Source of the DNA: a virus
Taxonomy: Duplodnaviria > Caudoviricetes
DNA length: 64,000 nt
Reading direction: 5' to 3' (one strand)
IMG/VR virus record: IMGVR_UViG_3300030376_004503
Coordinates: 7,895-71,894 of that record
The first letter of the stretch is position 1; every line of letters begins with the position of its first letter. The translations under genes were made by a program, and so were the position numbers. The notes under the pieces were generated by a model. It was not told where the DNA came from and ran no database searches. It saw only the letters and a list, made by a program, of their open reading frames with translations. This document shows, piece after piece, positions 25,870 to 35,210 of this stretch.

Positions 25870-26213
25870 ATTTTATATTTGATATGGAACACGTTATATG
25901 TTCCCCTAACGCTGACTATGGTCTATGTAAACCTATAGCAAACGTGACAGAATTTATGCAATGGTTAAAGAAACAAGGTCATCATATAACTATATGGACC
26001 AAGCGTACAAATGATATGGAAACTAAAATGAAAACAGAAAACTGGTTAAAGATTCAACAAATACCTTACAATAGGTTGTTGTTTGATAGACCACGTCAAG
26101 GTATATTTGTAAATGAAACGCCATCTAATTGTCAATACTTCGGTACAGATGATAGTGATATATTTGTAGTGGCAGAACTGTTCAAGGAGTGGAAAGAAAG
26201 TGTTAGGGAATAA
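25866..26213 (+). CDS. HAD-fold phosphatase-like protein with degenerate motifs
   Basis: FIFDMEH (DxD-like), GHHITIWTKR, IPYNRLLFDRP; likely ATG 25866. Confidence 0.6.
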   Translation: MNFIFDMEHVICSPNADYGLCKPIANVTEFMQWLKKQGHHITIWTKRTNDMETKMKTENWLKIQQIPYNRLLFDRPRQGIFVNETPSNCQYFGTDDSDIFVVAELFKEWKESVRE

Positions 26214-26478
26214 CGGTCCTTTGATGAAAATCAAATGGTTAGATGCAACTAATGCTACACAACAGAAGAAGATAGATATTGAAGACCCTAGTAATCACTT
26301 ATCATATTGTGAAACAATAGGGGAGGTAGTAGCTCAATGTGAAAGAGCTATTGTAATTAACTATCACTATTCTGATATAGATGGGGTAGATTTTATATGC
26401 ATCCCCACTTCTTGGGTAGTTGAAATGGAGGAGTTGTGTCTAAAGGATTCAGAGAGTTCGGTATCCCGCAAAGAATAG
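26200..26478 (+). CDS. Small beta-barrel hypothetical protein
   Basis: IKWLDA...CETIG...IPTSWV pattern, seen in small phage proteins. Confidence 0.6.
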   Translation: MLGNNGPLMKIKWLDATNATQQKKIDIEDPSNHLSYCETIGEVVAQCERAIVINYHYSDIDGVDFICIPTSWVVEMEELCLKDSESSVSRKE

Positions 26479-27506
26479 CTAAGTGCTATAGTGTAGAAGA
26501 TATTCTACAATTATCAACCCACCATTCAGGTACTAACAATTGTTACGTTAGTGTTTACGCTTTTACTGGCATAGAAAACGGTAAAACTATTTACGACAGT
26601 GCAGTAATAAACACAGTATGGTTTGATTTTGACCACGATAAAGATGTTACTAAGTGTTTAAAAGATGTACGTAAACTATACAATAGATATTGTAAACCTA
26701 ACAATTTAGTTCCTCGTATATATTACACAGGTGGCAGAGGTTTTCAATTAAACATAGACTTTCCTTTAATTATAGACTTATCTGACAGTATCAAAAGAGT
26801 GATGATAAAGGATTACTTATTGTTCTTAAAAGATAAGTATACACTTACTACACTAGACACTCAATGTATTAACAACAGTGTATCTTGTTTACGTAGAATG
26901 CCTGACACCCCTTACATAAATAAAAAAACGGGGGAACCTAACGGGCAGAAATGTATACAGATAACAGTGGATGAAATGTTAGACTTAGAATTAGATGATA
27001 TTATTACACTATCTTATAGAGATAACACCCCTATAGTGAACTCTAGAGATAGTAACTTACAAGCCGCCAAAGACTTCGTATACTTTGTGTGCGATAAATT
27101 AGGTGTAACTTACACACCCACTAACTCTATAGACCATTTACTAGACACTATAAATGGCAGAGAGTATAGTAACCCACGCGGTGATGTTAAGTTAGATTAC
27201 ATTATACCACCTCGTGACTGTATACTTACATTAATAAATGAAGGTATAGAAAGGGGTCACTTAGGTCATTCAGAAAATACTGCTATTGCAGTGGAGTTAA
27301 TAAATGCCAACTGGAAGAATAAAGACATAGCTTTTGTTTTTAAAGCTATCTTTAACGACGAGCCTGCTGGTGACTGGGGATGGTATAACGATGATGGTTC
27401 AGCCGGGTATCATATTAGTAACCTTCGAGCGAAAGGTATAAATAGATATTCAGGTGATAAGTTAGTAGAACTAAAAATATGCAAACACAAGTATTGTGTT
27501 TGTTGA
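26436..27506 (+). CDS. Archaeo-eukaryotic primase (PriS-like) with C-terminal helical domain
   Basis: VWFDFDHD (motif I), YTGGRGFQL (motif II), LRRMPDT (motif III region). Confidence 0.85.
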   Translation: MSKGFREFGIPQRIAKCYSVEDILQLSTHHSGTNNCYVSVYAFTGIENGKTIYDSAVINTVWFDFDHDKDVTKCLKDVRKLYNRYCKPNNLVPRIYYTGGRGFQLNIDFPLIIDLSDSIKRVMIKDYLLFLKDKYTLTTLDTQCINNSVSCLRRMPDTPYINKKTGEPNGQKCIQITVDEMLDLELDDIITLSYRDNTPIVNSRDSNLQAAKDFVYFVCDKLGVTYTPTNSIDHLLDTINGREYSNPRGDVKLDYIIPPRDCILTLINEGIERGHLGHSENTAIAVELINANWKNKDIAFVFKAIFNDEPAGDWGWYNDDGSAGYHISNLRAKGINRYSGDKLVELKICKHKYCVC

Positions 27507-27515
27507 GGTAGAAAA

Positions 27516-27830
27516 ATGACAAAGAAACTAGAAAGAAAAGTCGCAGAATTAGAAGACTGGATTGCCCGTTTCGAGGCAAGCAATGATGATAAGCTAGAAA
27601 GTAGCAACCTAAATTTTATGGTATCACAGTGTAAAAACTTAGGTGAAAGACTTACTCAAGTAGAACAATCACACCGGCAACTAGAAGCTGCGCTTCAACA
27701 GAACGCCCAAGTAGTTAACGATTTTATATCGGAACGAGAACTTGATGAACCTTGGCAAGAATACCTTGCTGGTTTACAGGAGGATGCTGATGCCGCTAAA
27801 GAAGGGGAAGACGCAGAAGACGATAAGTAA
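27516..27830 (+). CDS. Coiled-coil hypothetical protein
   Basis: ORF track; GAGGT SD. Confidence 0.7.
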   Translation: MTKKLERKVAELEDWIARFEASNDDKLESSNLNFMVSQCKNLGERLTQVEQSHRQLEAALQQNAQVVNDFISERELDEPWQEYLAGLQEDADAAKEGEDAEDDK

Positions 27831-27942
27831 AAATATTCGTAAGTTAAGAAAGGAAGGTTACAAACCAAAACAAGCAGCAGCAATTGCGTATAACACTGCT
27901 GGAAAAAAAAAGAAACGCAAAACAACTAAAAGAAAGAGGTAA
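27790..27942 (+). CDS. Small highly basic protein (MPLKKG..ISxNI..L...G....QA.AIA family)
   Basis: MPLKKGKTQKTISKNIRKLRKEGYKPKQAAAIAYNTAGKKKKRK; GGAGG SD. Confidence 0.75.
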   Translation: MPLKKGKTQKTISKNIRKLRKEGYKPKQAAAIAYNTAGKKKKRKTTKRKR

Positions 27943-27944
27943 AA

Positions 27945-28235
27945 ATGGTAAATACAACAGACTATAAAGTCACAAGATATGAATGGTACCCAGCTGACGA
28001 ACCTACAGGAATATGTGTAGGGTTTACAGCAACTTGCTCACCTAACGGTAGAAGCCAGTACTGGGATACTTTGGTAGCTAGCGGTGCAACCACCGGAAAA
28101 ACACAAGAAGAAATCACAGGTTTAGCTTGGGATGCTTTATCCGGAACTTGCGTTCCTTGGGGTGAAGTTAACGAAGCAAAATCTGCATTGATTGGTACAA
28201 CTTATAAAACAATATCTGGAAGTTCAGAGGAATAG
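27945..28235 (+). CDS. Hypothetical protein with virion-like composition
   Basis: GAGGT SD; Thr/Ser/Gly-rich with VASGAT, LSGT, ISGS. Confidence 0.7.
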   Translation: MVNTTDYKVTRYEWYPADEPTGICVGFTATCSPNGRSQYWDTLVASGATTGKTQEEITGLAWDALSGTCVPWGEVNEAKSALIGTTYKTISGSSEE

Positions 28236-28368
28236 ATATGGTTAAAAAAGTTAAGAAAGAATTGAAAGAAGTGATTGAAGAAGCAAAAGAAGAGGGCGTG
28301 GAAGTTGAAGTGGTAAATGAAAAGTCAGAACCGACTCAAGTATTTGAAGCTCCACGTAAAAGAAATTA

Positions 28369-28599
28369 ATGGTAGCATCTCCAGAAGAAGGTAAAAGGAT
28401 AGCAGGTATACTGTTGTCCTATCTTCCGGTAGAAGTCTCTATAGAAATGATGGAACAAATGTGGGAAGAGGTTGGAATGCAAACTGATAATGAATCTTTA
28501 GAAGAAACAATATTGTTACTTAAAAAATTATTGGAGTCAGAATGGGAATACTCACTACAGAATCAAGAAGAATCCCCGTCTCAGGGTCACGAATATTAG
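28369..28599 (+). CDS. Hypothetical protein
   Basis: ORF track. Confidence 0.55.
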   Translation: MVASPEEGKRIAGILLSYLPVEVSIEMMEQMWEEVGMQTDNESLEETILLLKKLLESEWEYSLQNQEESPSQGHEY

Positions 28600-28609
28600 T
28601 TGATTACAA

Positions 28610-29338
28610 ATGATATTATTTGCAATTACAACTCTTAATCATAACGATTACACAGAAGCCTTACTGAAGAGTCTACACGAGACTGATATATACAAAGAAG
28701 GTATGATTGATGTTCTTATAGTTGATGATTACAGTCAGAAAGATGATGTCAAAGCTTTAGCTTATAAGTACAAAGCAAGGTTTATGGGTAAAGATAAGCC
28801 TATGGGACTGACAGATAGTTGGAACCGTGCATACAACTACTACAAAAACAATACGTATACTAACTTATACATAGCCAATAATGACATACTTATATCTAAA
28901 GGATGTATAGAAAAAATTGAAAAACTTTTAATTAGATTTCATTCGGTTTCACCTTTATGTAATAGTAAAGGAATCGGAAATTGGGAACCTATACAACAGT
29001 TTGACATAGCCACACAATATCCTTATAATATAGGTCTACAAGAATTGGCAGATAATGAAGAACATTATAATGATGTACCCAAATTTCTTAAGCAAGGGTA
29101 TAAAGAAATAAACTTTTTTCACGGATTCCTAATGTGTTTTACTAGGGATATAATTCGTAATGAATTACCAGATGGTAATTTGTTTCATCCTAATAATATA
29201 AACATAGGTAATGAAATTGAATTGAATAAAAGATTTATAGGTAAAAGGGGAATGGCACTAGATGCTTTTATATACCATCACAAAGGTATAACCCTTAATA
29301 AAAAGAATAGAAATATTCTGGAACAATTTCACCAATGA
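28610..29338 (+). CDS. GT-A glycosyltransferase (GT2-like)
   Basis: ITTLN...VLIVDDYS...SWNRA...IANNDILI. Confidence 0.85.
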   Translation: MILFAITTLNHNDYTEALLKSLHETDIYKEGMIDVLIVDDYSQKDDVKALAYKYKARFMGKDKPMGLTDSWNRAYNYYKNNTYTNLYIANNDILISKGCIEKIEKLLIRFHSVSPLCNSKGIGNWEPIQQFDIATQYPYNIGLQELADNEEHYNDVPKFLKQGYKEINFFHGFLMCFTRDIIRNELPDGNLFHPNNINIGNEIELNKRFIGKRGMALDAFIYHHKGITLNKKNRNILEQFHQ

Positions 29339-30195
29339 AACTAGCCGTAGCAATAATGTCATTCAATCGCCCACACTACTTTGATAAAGTATTACAGTCT
29401 ATTAACCGGCAGACTGATAAAGATGTGGACTTTTATTTATTTCAAGATGGTGCAATAAACCAATACTCTTGGAGGAAATGTGCAAACCAGAGTGATATAA
29501 ACAAAAACTTAGAGTTATATAACTTTTACATACCTGAAGGAAAGGTATACAATCAATCATCTAATGTAGGTATAGCAGAAAACTTTAACTTTGCAGAAAA
29601 CTTATTGTTTGAGGTTAATAATTATGATGCTGTTCTTTTTCTAGAAGATGATTTAGTATTATCTCCTTGGTATATTAGTATAATTAAGAATATGTTAGAA
29701 GCTTATAACTACACTGAAGTAGGTATGGTTTGTGCCTATGGTGACCATAATATTAGTTTAGATGCGCAATTTAAATATCCTAATATGGTAAAACCTATTG
29801 ACCATTTATGGGGTTATGCAACTACTAGGGACTCTTGGGAACAACGTAAACCCTACTATGATGAGTGGTTTAATCAATTTATTAAGGGTATAGATTATGC
29901 AACCCGTGACCACCGTAAAATATTTGAGTGGTATGACAAGATAGGTTTCAAGACTCTAGCATCAAGTCAAGACGCAGCGCGTACAATTGCAATGCTTAGA
30001 GCAGGTCAAATTGGTATTGCTACAGTTACTAACAACGGCGAATACATCGGACAGGTGGGTCAACACGGCACTAACTTAACTGATGGAATGGATAGACCGC
30101 CCTTTACAGAAGACGTAGGACCTTTTATATACAAAGAGGGGACTATGATGGATATACTAATCGATTTAGATGGAAAATGGAGGAAAGAAGAATGA
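29335..30195 (+). CDS. GT-A glycosyltransferase
   Basis: IMSFNRPHY...FQDG...NVGIAEN...LFLEDDL. Confidence 0.85.
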   Translation: MKLAVAIMSFNRPHYFDKVLQSINRQTDKDVDFYLFQDGAINQYSWRKCANQSDINKNLELYNFYIPEGKVYNQSSNVGIAENFNFAENLLFEVNNYDAVLFLEDDLVLSPWYISIIKNMLEAYNYTEVGMVCAYGDHNISLDAQFKYPNMVKPIDHLWGYATTRDSWEQRKPYYDEWFNQFIKGIDYATRDHRKIFEWYDKIGFKTLASSQDAARTIAMLRAGQIGIATVTNNGEYIGQVGQHGTNLTDGMDRPPFTEDVGPFIYKEGTMMDILIDLDGKWRKEE

Positions 30196-31217
30196 AAATA
30201 CTCATAACAGGAATAGCAGGAATGATGGGCTCAAGGTTAGCCGACTGGATTATAGAAAATACTAAGCACGAAGTTGTTGGTATAGATGATTTATCTGGAG
30301 GTTACCGATTTAACATTAACGAAAAGGCAAAGTTTTACCACTTTGATTTAGCTAAAAATAGAGCAGTGTCAGGCACAACTTACAGTACTACAGAAGGTAG
30401 AATGAATTTAGAATTAATATTTAAGAAAGAAAAACCTGATGTGGTCTTTCACTTTGCTGCCTATGCAGCAGAATGTCTAAGTCCTTTTATTAGAAGATAT
30501 AATTACACTAACAATGTAGTAGCAACTGCAAACATTATTAATGAATGTATAAGGACTGAAGTAGATAGGTTAGTTTTTACATCCTCTATGGCAGTGTATG
30601 GCGAAAACGAAACACCTTTTAGTGAAGATATGATACCATCACCTAAAGACCCTTATGGGGTAGCTAAGTTAGCTTGTGAAATGGACATACAAATCGCGGG
30701 GGAACAACACGGATTAGACTGGTGTATCCTCAGGCCGCATAATGTATACGGTAGAAATCAAAACATATGGGACAGGTATCGTAATGTGTTTGGTATTTGG
30801 ATGTATCAACATTTAAACAACGAACCTATTACAGTATTTGGTGATGGTAGTCAGGTCAGAGCTTTTAGTTATATTGATGACAGTCTTGAACCAATGTGGA
30901 AAGCAGGAGTAGACCCTCGTGCAAGTAAAGAAATAATTAATTTAGGCAGTGCTGTGCCTCTTACACTTAAAAATGCTGCAGAAGCTTTATCTAATATAAT
31001 GGGTGGAGCAGAAATTGTACACTTAGAACCACGTCACGAAGTTCATCAAGCGTTCTCTACGCACGACAAGTCTGAGTTATTATTAGACTTTAGAGATGTA
31101 ACTAGTCACTTTGAAGGACTAGAAAAGATGTGGGAGTGGGCACAGAAACAACCTAATATGAAAAGGAAGGATATGAAATATGAAATCGATAAAGAAATGT
31201 ACTCTTATTGGCGTTGA
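30192..31217 (+). CDS. NAD-dependent nucleotide-sugar epimerase/dehydratase (extended SDR)
   Basis: ILITGIAGMMG; FHFAA; TSSMAVYG; YGVAK; RPHNVYG. Confidence 0.93.
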   Translation: MKILITGIAGMMGSRLADWIIENTKHEVVGIDDLSGGYRFNINEKAKFYHFDLAKNRAVSGTTYSTTEGRMNLELIFKKEKPDVVFHFAAYAAECLSPFIRRYNYTNNVVATANIINECIRTEVDRLVFTSSMAVYGENETPFSEDMIPSPKDPYGVAKLACEMDIQIAGEQHGLDWCILRPHNVYGRNQNIWDRYRNVFGIWMYQHLNNEPITVFGDGSQVRAFSYIDDSLEPMWKAGVDPRASKEIINLGSAVPLTLKNAAEALSNIMGGAEIVHLEPRHEVHQAFSTHDKSELLLDFRDVTSHFEGLEKMWEWAQKQPNMKRKDMKYEIDKEMYSYWR

Positions 31218-31923
31218 AGGTGTTGAAAAAAGAATACCACAGTTCCTTAAAGCTGCGGATATCTGTCAACATTATATAGAATTCGGAGATGTAAAACTAC
31301 TGTCTCCTTTTGATTTAAAAAGAAAGGAATGGACAAAAATAAAACCTATGAAAGATAGGGAAACTTACTGTAAATTTATAATAAATGACCTACATAAATA
31401 TGTAGATACAGAGTACTTTTTATTATTTCAAAATGATGGGTGGATTTTAAACCCAGATGCTTGGGAAGATGAGTTCTTAAACTATGATTATATAGGAGCC
31501 CCTTGGACTTGGGATGAATATCCTTGTGGTAATGGTGGGTTCACTTTACGTAGCAAAGCTTTGATGGAAGAATGTAGTAAAATGATTACAGGGGTGTATG
31601 AACCAGAAGACCTAGTCATCTGTACAAAATACAGACCTCACTTAGAAAAGAAAGGGTTCAAGTTTGCACCTAGAGAGGTAGCAGAAAGGTTCTCTTTAGA
31701 AAAGAATGCAAGGTATGTAGACAAATGGAATGGTCAATTTGGATTCCACGATATAGAAAAGACAGACATCAGTGGATGGAAACCACCTAAGAAAGAATTC
31801 AATTTAGATTGGGACCAATTAACAATGCAAGTTAAAAGTAGAGGTAAAAAATATAACGAATACCCTCCTACTATAGCAGCGAGTGCTTTGAAGCTCTCGA
31901 AAGACGAACGTAAAAGGCTTTAA
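31180..31923 (+). CDS. DUF5672-like putative glycosyltransferase
   Basis: LLFQNDGWIL...YDYIGAPW...GNGGFTLRS...PEDL...FGFH. Confidence 0.8.
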   Translation: MKSIKKCTLIGVEGVEKRIPQFLKAADICQHYIEFGDVKLLSPFDLKRKEWTKIKPMKDRETYCKFIINDLHKYVDTEYFLLFQNDGWILNPDAWEDEFLNYDYIGAPWTWDEYPCGNGGFTLRSKALMEECSKMITGVYEPEDLVICTKYRPHLEKKGFKFAPREVAERFSLEKNARYVDKWNGQFGFHDIEKTDISGWKPPKKEFNLDWDQLTMQVKSRGKKYNEYPPTIAASALKLSKDERKRL

Positions 31924-31957
31924 GTAGTCTTTTCAACAATAGAAATGAAGTGATAAA

Positions 31958-33826
31958 ATGTTTAAAAATGAAGTAGCTGAATTCATCTATAAGAGGACAT
32001 ACTCTAGGTGGATAGAACAAGAAGGTCGTCGTGAAGAATGGCCCGAAACAATCGAAAGATTCATCGATTTTTTAATTTCAAAAAGAGGTAAACATATACC
32101 TGAAAAAACAATTAGAAAAATAAGAAAATATATGACAGAGTTTGCTGTAATGCCTTCTATGAGGTTCCTTTGGTCATCAGGTCCAGCAGCTGAAAGAGAT
32201 AACACTGTGATTTACAATTGTTCTTTTGCTAAACTTAACTGTGTAGAAGCTTTTGCAGAATGTTTACACATACTAATGTGTGGTACTGGGTTTGGTTTCT
32301 CCGCTGAAAAGGAAGAAGTAGAGAAGTTACCTAGTATTCCTGAAATCAAATCAGGTAAAGATGTAGCTAGAGTGGTTATAGAAGACTCTAGAGAAGGTTG
32401 GGCAGACTCAGTTAAAATATTAATGAACAGTTTATATGAAGGACAGAACCTTTACTTTGATTATTCTCAATTAAGACCGGAGGGAGCTCGCCTCAGTACT
32501 ATGGGTGGTAGGTCATCAGGGCCTCAACCGTTAATTAAACTGCACGATTTCTTACGTGAAACTATGCATAATGCACAGGGTAGGAAGTTAACTACTCTAG
32601 AATGTCACGATATTGCAAATCAAATTGCAGAAATAGTAGTAGCAGGTGGTGTCAGACGTAGTTCACAGATATCTCTATCTGATTTAGATGATGAAGATAT
32701 GCGTCACGCAAAAGACTGGCCTTTCCCTATACGTAGGGCAATGGCAAACAACTCTGCTATATACAGAGACCAACCTACAGCAGCTGACTTCCTAGTAGAA
32801 TGGGGAGTGTTAGCAAAATCGGGCAGTGGTGAACGTGGGATATTTAATTTAAAATCTGCACAGAATCAAGCACCTTCCCGCAGATATGCACCACTAATAC
32901 AGGGGACAAACCCTTGTGGTGAAATAATGTTACGTGATATGGAGTTCTGTAACCTATCTGAAGTTGTAGTTAGAGAAGATGATGATTTAGATACACTACT
33001 AGATAAGGTAGAAACAGCTACTTGGTTGGGTGTTTTACAATCTACATTTACAGATTTTCCTTATCTCAGGAAAGACTGGAGTAAGAATTGTAACGTAGAA
33101 CGTCTTTTAGGCGTTAGTTTGACCGGTCAGATGGATAACCCCTCCCTAATGAACTCGGAGGTCTTAAAGGCCCTTAAATCGCGTGTTATACGCATTTCTC
33201 GTAAAGCATCGACATCACTAGGTGTCAATATGCCTGTAGCAACCACTTGTGTTAAGCCTTCAGGTACAGTTTCACAGTTAGTAGATTCAGCTAGTGGATG
33301 TCACCCTAGATATTCACAGTATTATATTAGAAGATACAGGATATCTGCTACTGACCCACTATTCAGAATGTTAAAAGCTCAAGGTGTACCTTGTCAACCA
33401 GAAAATGGACAGGATGCAGAAACAGCTACAACGTGGGTGTTTGAATTCCCAGTAAAATCACCTGATGGTTGTTTAACTAGGAAAGATATTACCGCAATGG
33501 AACAACTCAAACATTATAAGAACTTACAATTAAACTGGTGTGAACATAACGCTAGTATGACTGTATACGTCAAAGAAGATGAGTGGTTTGAAGTAGGTAA
33601 CTGGGTATACAAGAATTGGGATATCATAAACGGTGTATCTTTCTTACCATATGACGGTGGACACTATGAACTTGCGCCTTATGAAGAGATAGACCACTAT
33701 ACTTACGAAAGTCTTATAAAGAAATTCCCCGATATTAACTATGACGAGCTATCTCAATATGAACTTGAGGATGAAACTCAAGGTTCACACGAGTATGCTT
33801 GTGTAGGTGATAAGTGTGACATATGA
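31958..33826 (+). CDS. nrdJ: Class II (B12-dependent) ribonucleotide reductase
   Basis: MPSMR, YNCSF, GGVRRS, TNPCGEI, FCNLSE, TCVKPSGT, C-terminal CVGDKC. Confidence 0.93.
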   Translation: MFKNEVAEFIYKRTYSRWIEQEGRREEWPETIERFIDFLISKRGKHIPEKTIRKIRKYMTEFAVMPSMRFLWSSGPAAERDNTVIYNCSFAKLNCVEAFAECLHILMCGTGFGFSAEKEEVEKLPSIPEIKSGKDVARVVIEDSREGWADSVKILMNSLYEGQNLYFDYSQLRPEGARLSTMGGRSSGPQPLIKLHDFLRETMHNAQGRKLTTLECHDIANQIAEIVVAGGVRRSSQISLSDLDDEDMRHAKDWPFPIRRAMANNSAIYRDQPTAADFLVEWGVLAKSGSGERGIFNLKSAQNQAPSRRYAPLIQGTNPCGEIMLRDMEFCNLSEVVVREDDDLDTLLDKVETATWLGVLQSTFTDFPYLRKDWSKNCNVERLLGVSLTGQMDNPSLMNSEVLKALKSRVIRISRKASTSLGVNMPVATTCVKPSGTVSQLVDSASGCHPRYSQYYIRRYRISATDPLFRMLKAQGVPCQPENGQDAETATTWVFEFPVKSPDGCLTRKDITAMEQLKHYKNLQLNWCEHNASMTVYVKEDEWFEVGNWVYKNWDIINGVSFLPYDGGHYELAPYEEIDHYTYESLIKKFPDINYDELSQYELEDETQGSHEYACVGDKCDI

Positions 33827-34103
33827 AACTGATGTAACAGGATACGGACGCAAGATGGGACGTAATGGTGGCGGTAATGGTTACAGTATGGAAGACCCTC
33901 ACCCCTATACTGAAGTAGAACTTAACGAAAGAGCAGTAGCAATTGCAGGTAGAGAACATAACAATGCTATGTTTAAGTATGGTACCTATACTAAAGGTGA
34001 AGCTATCAGATATAGAACACTTAATCCCGGCGGTTCTGAAGCTTTTGGTGGTGGAGAAGAAAAACCACGTAAGACCGGAAAAGGTCTACCTTGGGATTTG
34101 TAG
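33807..34103 (+). CDS. Hypothetical Gly-rich protein
   Basis: ORF track. Confidence 0.55.
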   Translation: MISVTYETDVTGYGRKMGRNGGGNGYSMEDPHPYTEVELNERAVAIAGREHNNAMFKYGTYTKGEAIRYRTLNPGGSEAFGGGEEKPRKTGKGLPWDL

Positions 34104-34195
34104 AGTGCCCTGTTTGTTGGAGTAAAGCTATTGCACATACATATGATGGTAGAAAATATTGTATCCAATGTATGTCTAAGAAATCTAAAGAATAA
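34091..34195 (+). CDS. 34-aa Zn-finger microprotein
   Basis: Manual ORF (TTG start) MGFVECPVCWSKAIAHTYDGRKYCIQCMSKKSKE. Confidence 0.55.
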   Translation: MGFVECPVCWSKAIAHTYDGRKYCIQCMSKKSKE

Positions 34196-35210
34196 ACTCT
34201 GATAATATTGGAGGTCTTTTGTTTATAGTTAATTGTAATCTAAATGTATTAGCTCCACAACTTAAAGATTTACCAACAATTGCATAGTTACCTGAAGTGT
34301 CAGTTTTTTCATCTTTTATGTACACAACATCATTAGGTTCTAAATAAATACCATCAAACGTATCTAGTATATATTCATATTGATTTTTTAAATTAGCATT
34401 AAAAACTTTCTGACCCCAATCCATACACGCAGCCCTACTTTTTAAAGTGTCATTTCTTACAGTCATATAATTCTCACCTAACGCTGCAGCAGCAGAAGCG
34501 TGACGGAAAGTGGCTCGCATTCCACCATCACCCTCTACTATGATAGTAGTAGGTATTTTTCTATCGTTGACTTTAAAAGATATAATATTGTTATTGTAAT
34601 CATAATCCTTTACTACAGTTGCAGTGTCTACATTTTGTTTTTGTTCAAATATTAGTTGTGATTTAGTACCATCATCTATAACTCTTATTATGTTTTCAAG
34701 AGGTATGGCATCATTAGTTAAAACTGTGTTAAAAGCTTTCTTAATTATATCCATAATTTCAAAAGTACCTCTCATCACAGGCATTTGAATTACAGGGGTA
34801 GTGTCACCTATAAAATCAGTTCCTATTATATCTTGTAACTTTGCTATTTTTATAACAGTTCTGATAGTAGCACCTGCGCTCATTCCGTCTACGTTTTTAC
34901 TATCATCGAGTGTTACTCTAGCTTTATAATGTCCAGTTAAAAATCCTATAGCATCTACACAATCAAACTGAACTTGTTTATCTCCAACTATAACTACATT
35001 AGAAACTCTACCTCTAAACATAGGATAAGTGTCAGAGTTATTTGCATAAAACAAAACTTCTTGATTCCAATACTTACGGAAACTTGTGTCTGATTTAGGT
35101 AATACAAAAGAAAACCCAGTAGCAGTAAAACCGCCCTGTTTTTTTAAATCGGCAGTCATAAAATCAACAGACTTACCATTCAGAACTACTTTACTTGAAA
35201 GTTGCTGCAT
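34185..35210 (-). CDS. Tail tip/baseplate hub-like protein
   Basis: Last gene of the tail operon; F.G.V..V...DAIG..L and IIV.G...A pattern of hub proteins. Confidence 0.6.
   Translation of the reverse strand: MQQLSSKVVLNGKSVDFMTADLKKQGGFTATGFSFVLPKSDTSFRKYWNQEVLFYANNSDTYPMFRGRVSNVVIVGDKQVQFDCVDAIGFLTGHYKARVTLDDSKNVDGMSAGATIRTVIKIAKLQDIIGTDFIGDTTPVIQMPVMRGTFEIMDIIKKAFNTVLTNDAIPLENIIRVIDDGTKSQLIFEQKQNVDTATVVKDYDYNNNIISFKVNDRKIPTTIIVEGDGGMRATFRHASAAAALGENYMTVRNDTLKSRAACMDWGQKVFNANLKNQYEYILDTFDGIYLEPNDVVYIKDEKTDTSGNYAIVGKSLSCGANTFRLQLTINKRPPILSEFIL

Noticed and set aside
24404-31923. Glycosyltransferases as a DNA hypermodification system
   Set aside because: No hydroxymethylase, nucleotide kinase or base-modifying enzyme is visible, and strong site avoidance suggests the DNA is not globally shielded. 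Not fully excluded, because part of the genome is outside the window.
21358-33826. Inteins or introns in polB, primase or nrdJ
   Set aside because: Lengths are compact and motifs are normally spaced; no intein termini or homing endonuclease motifs.
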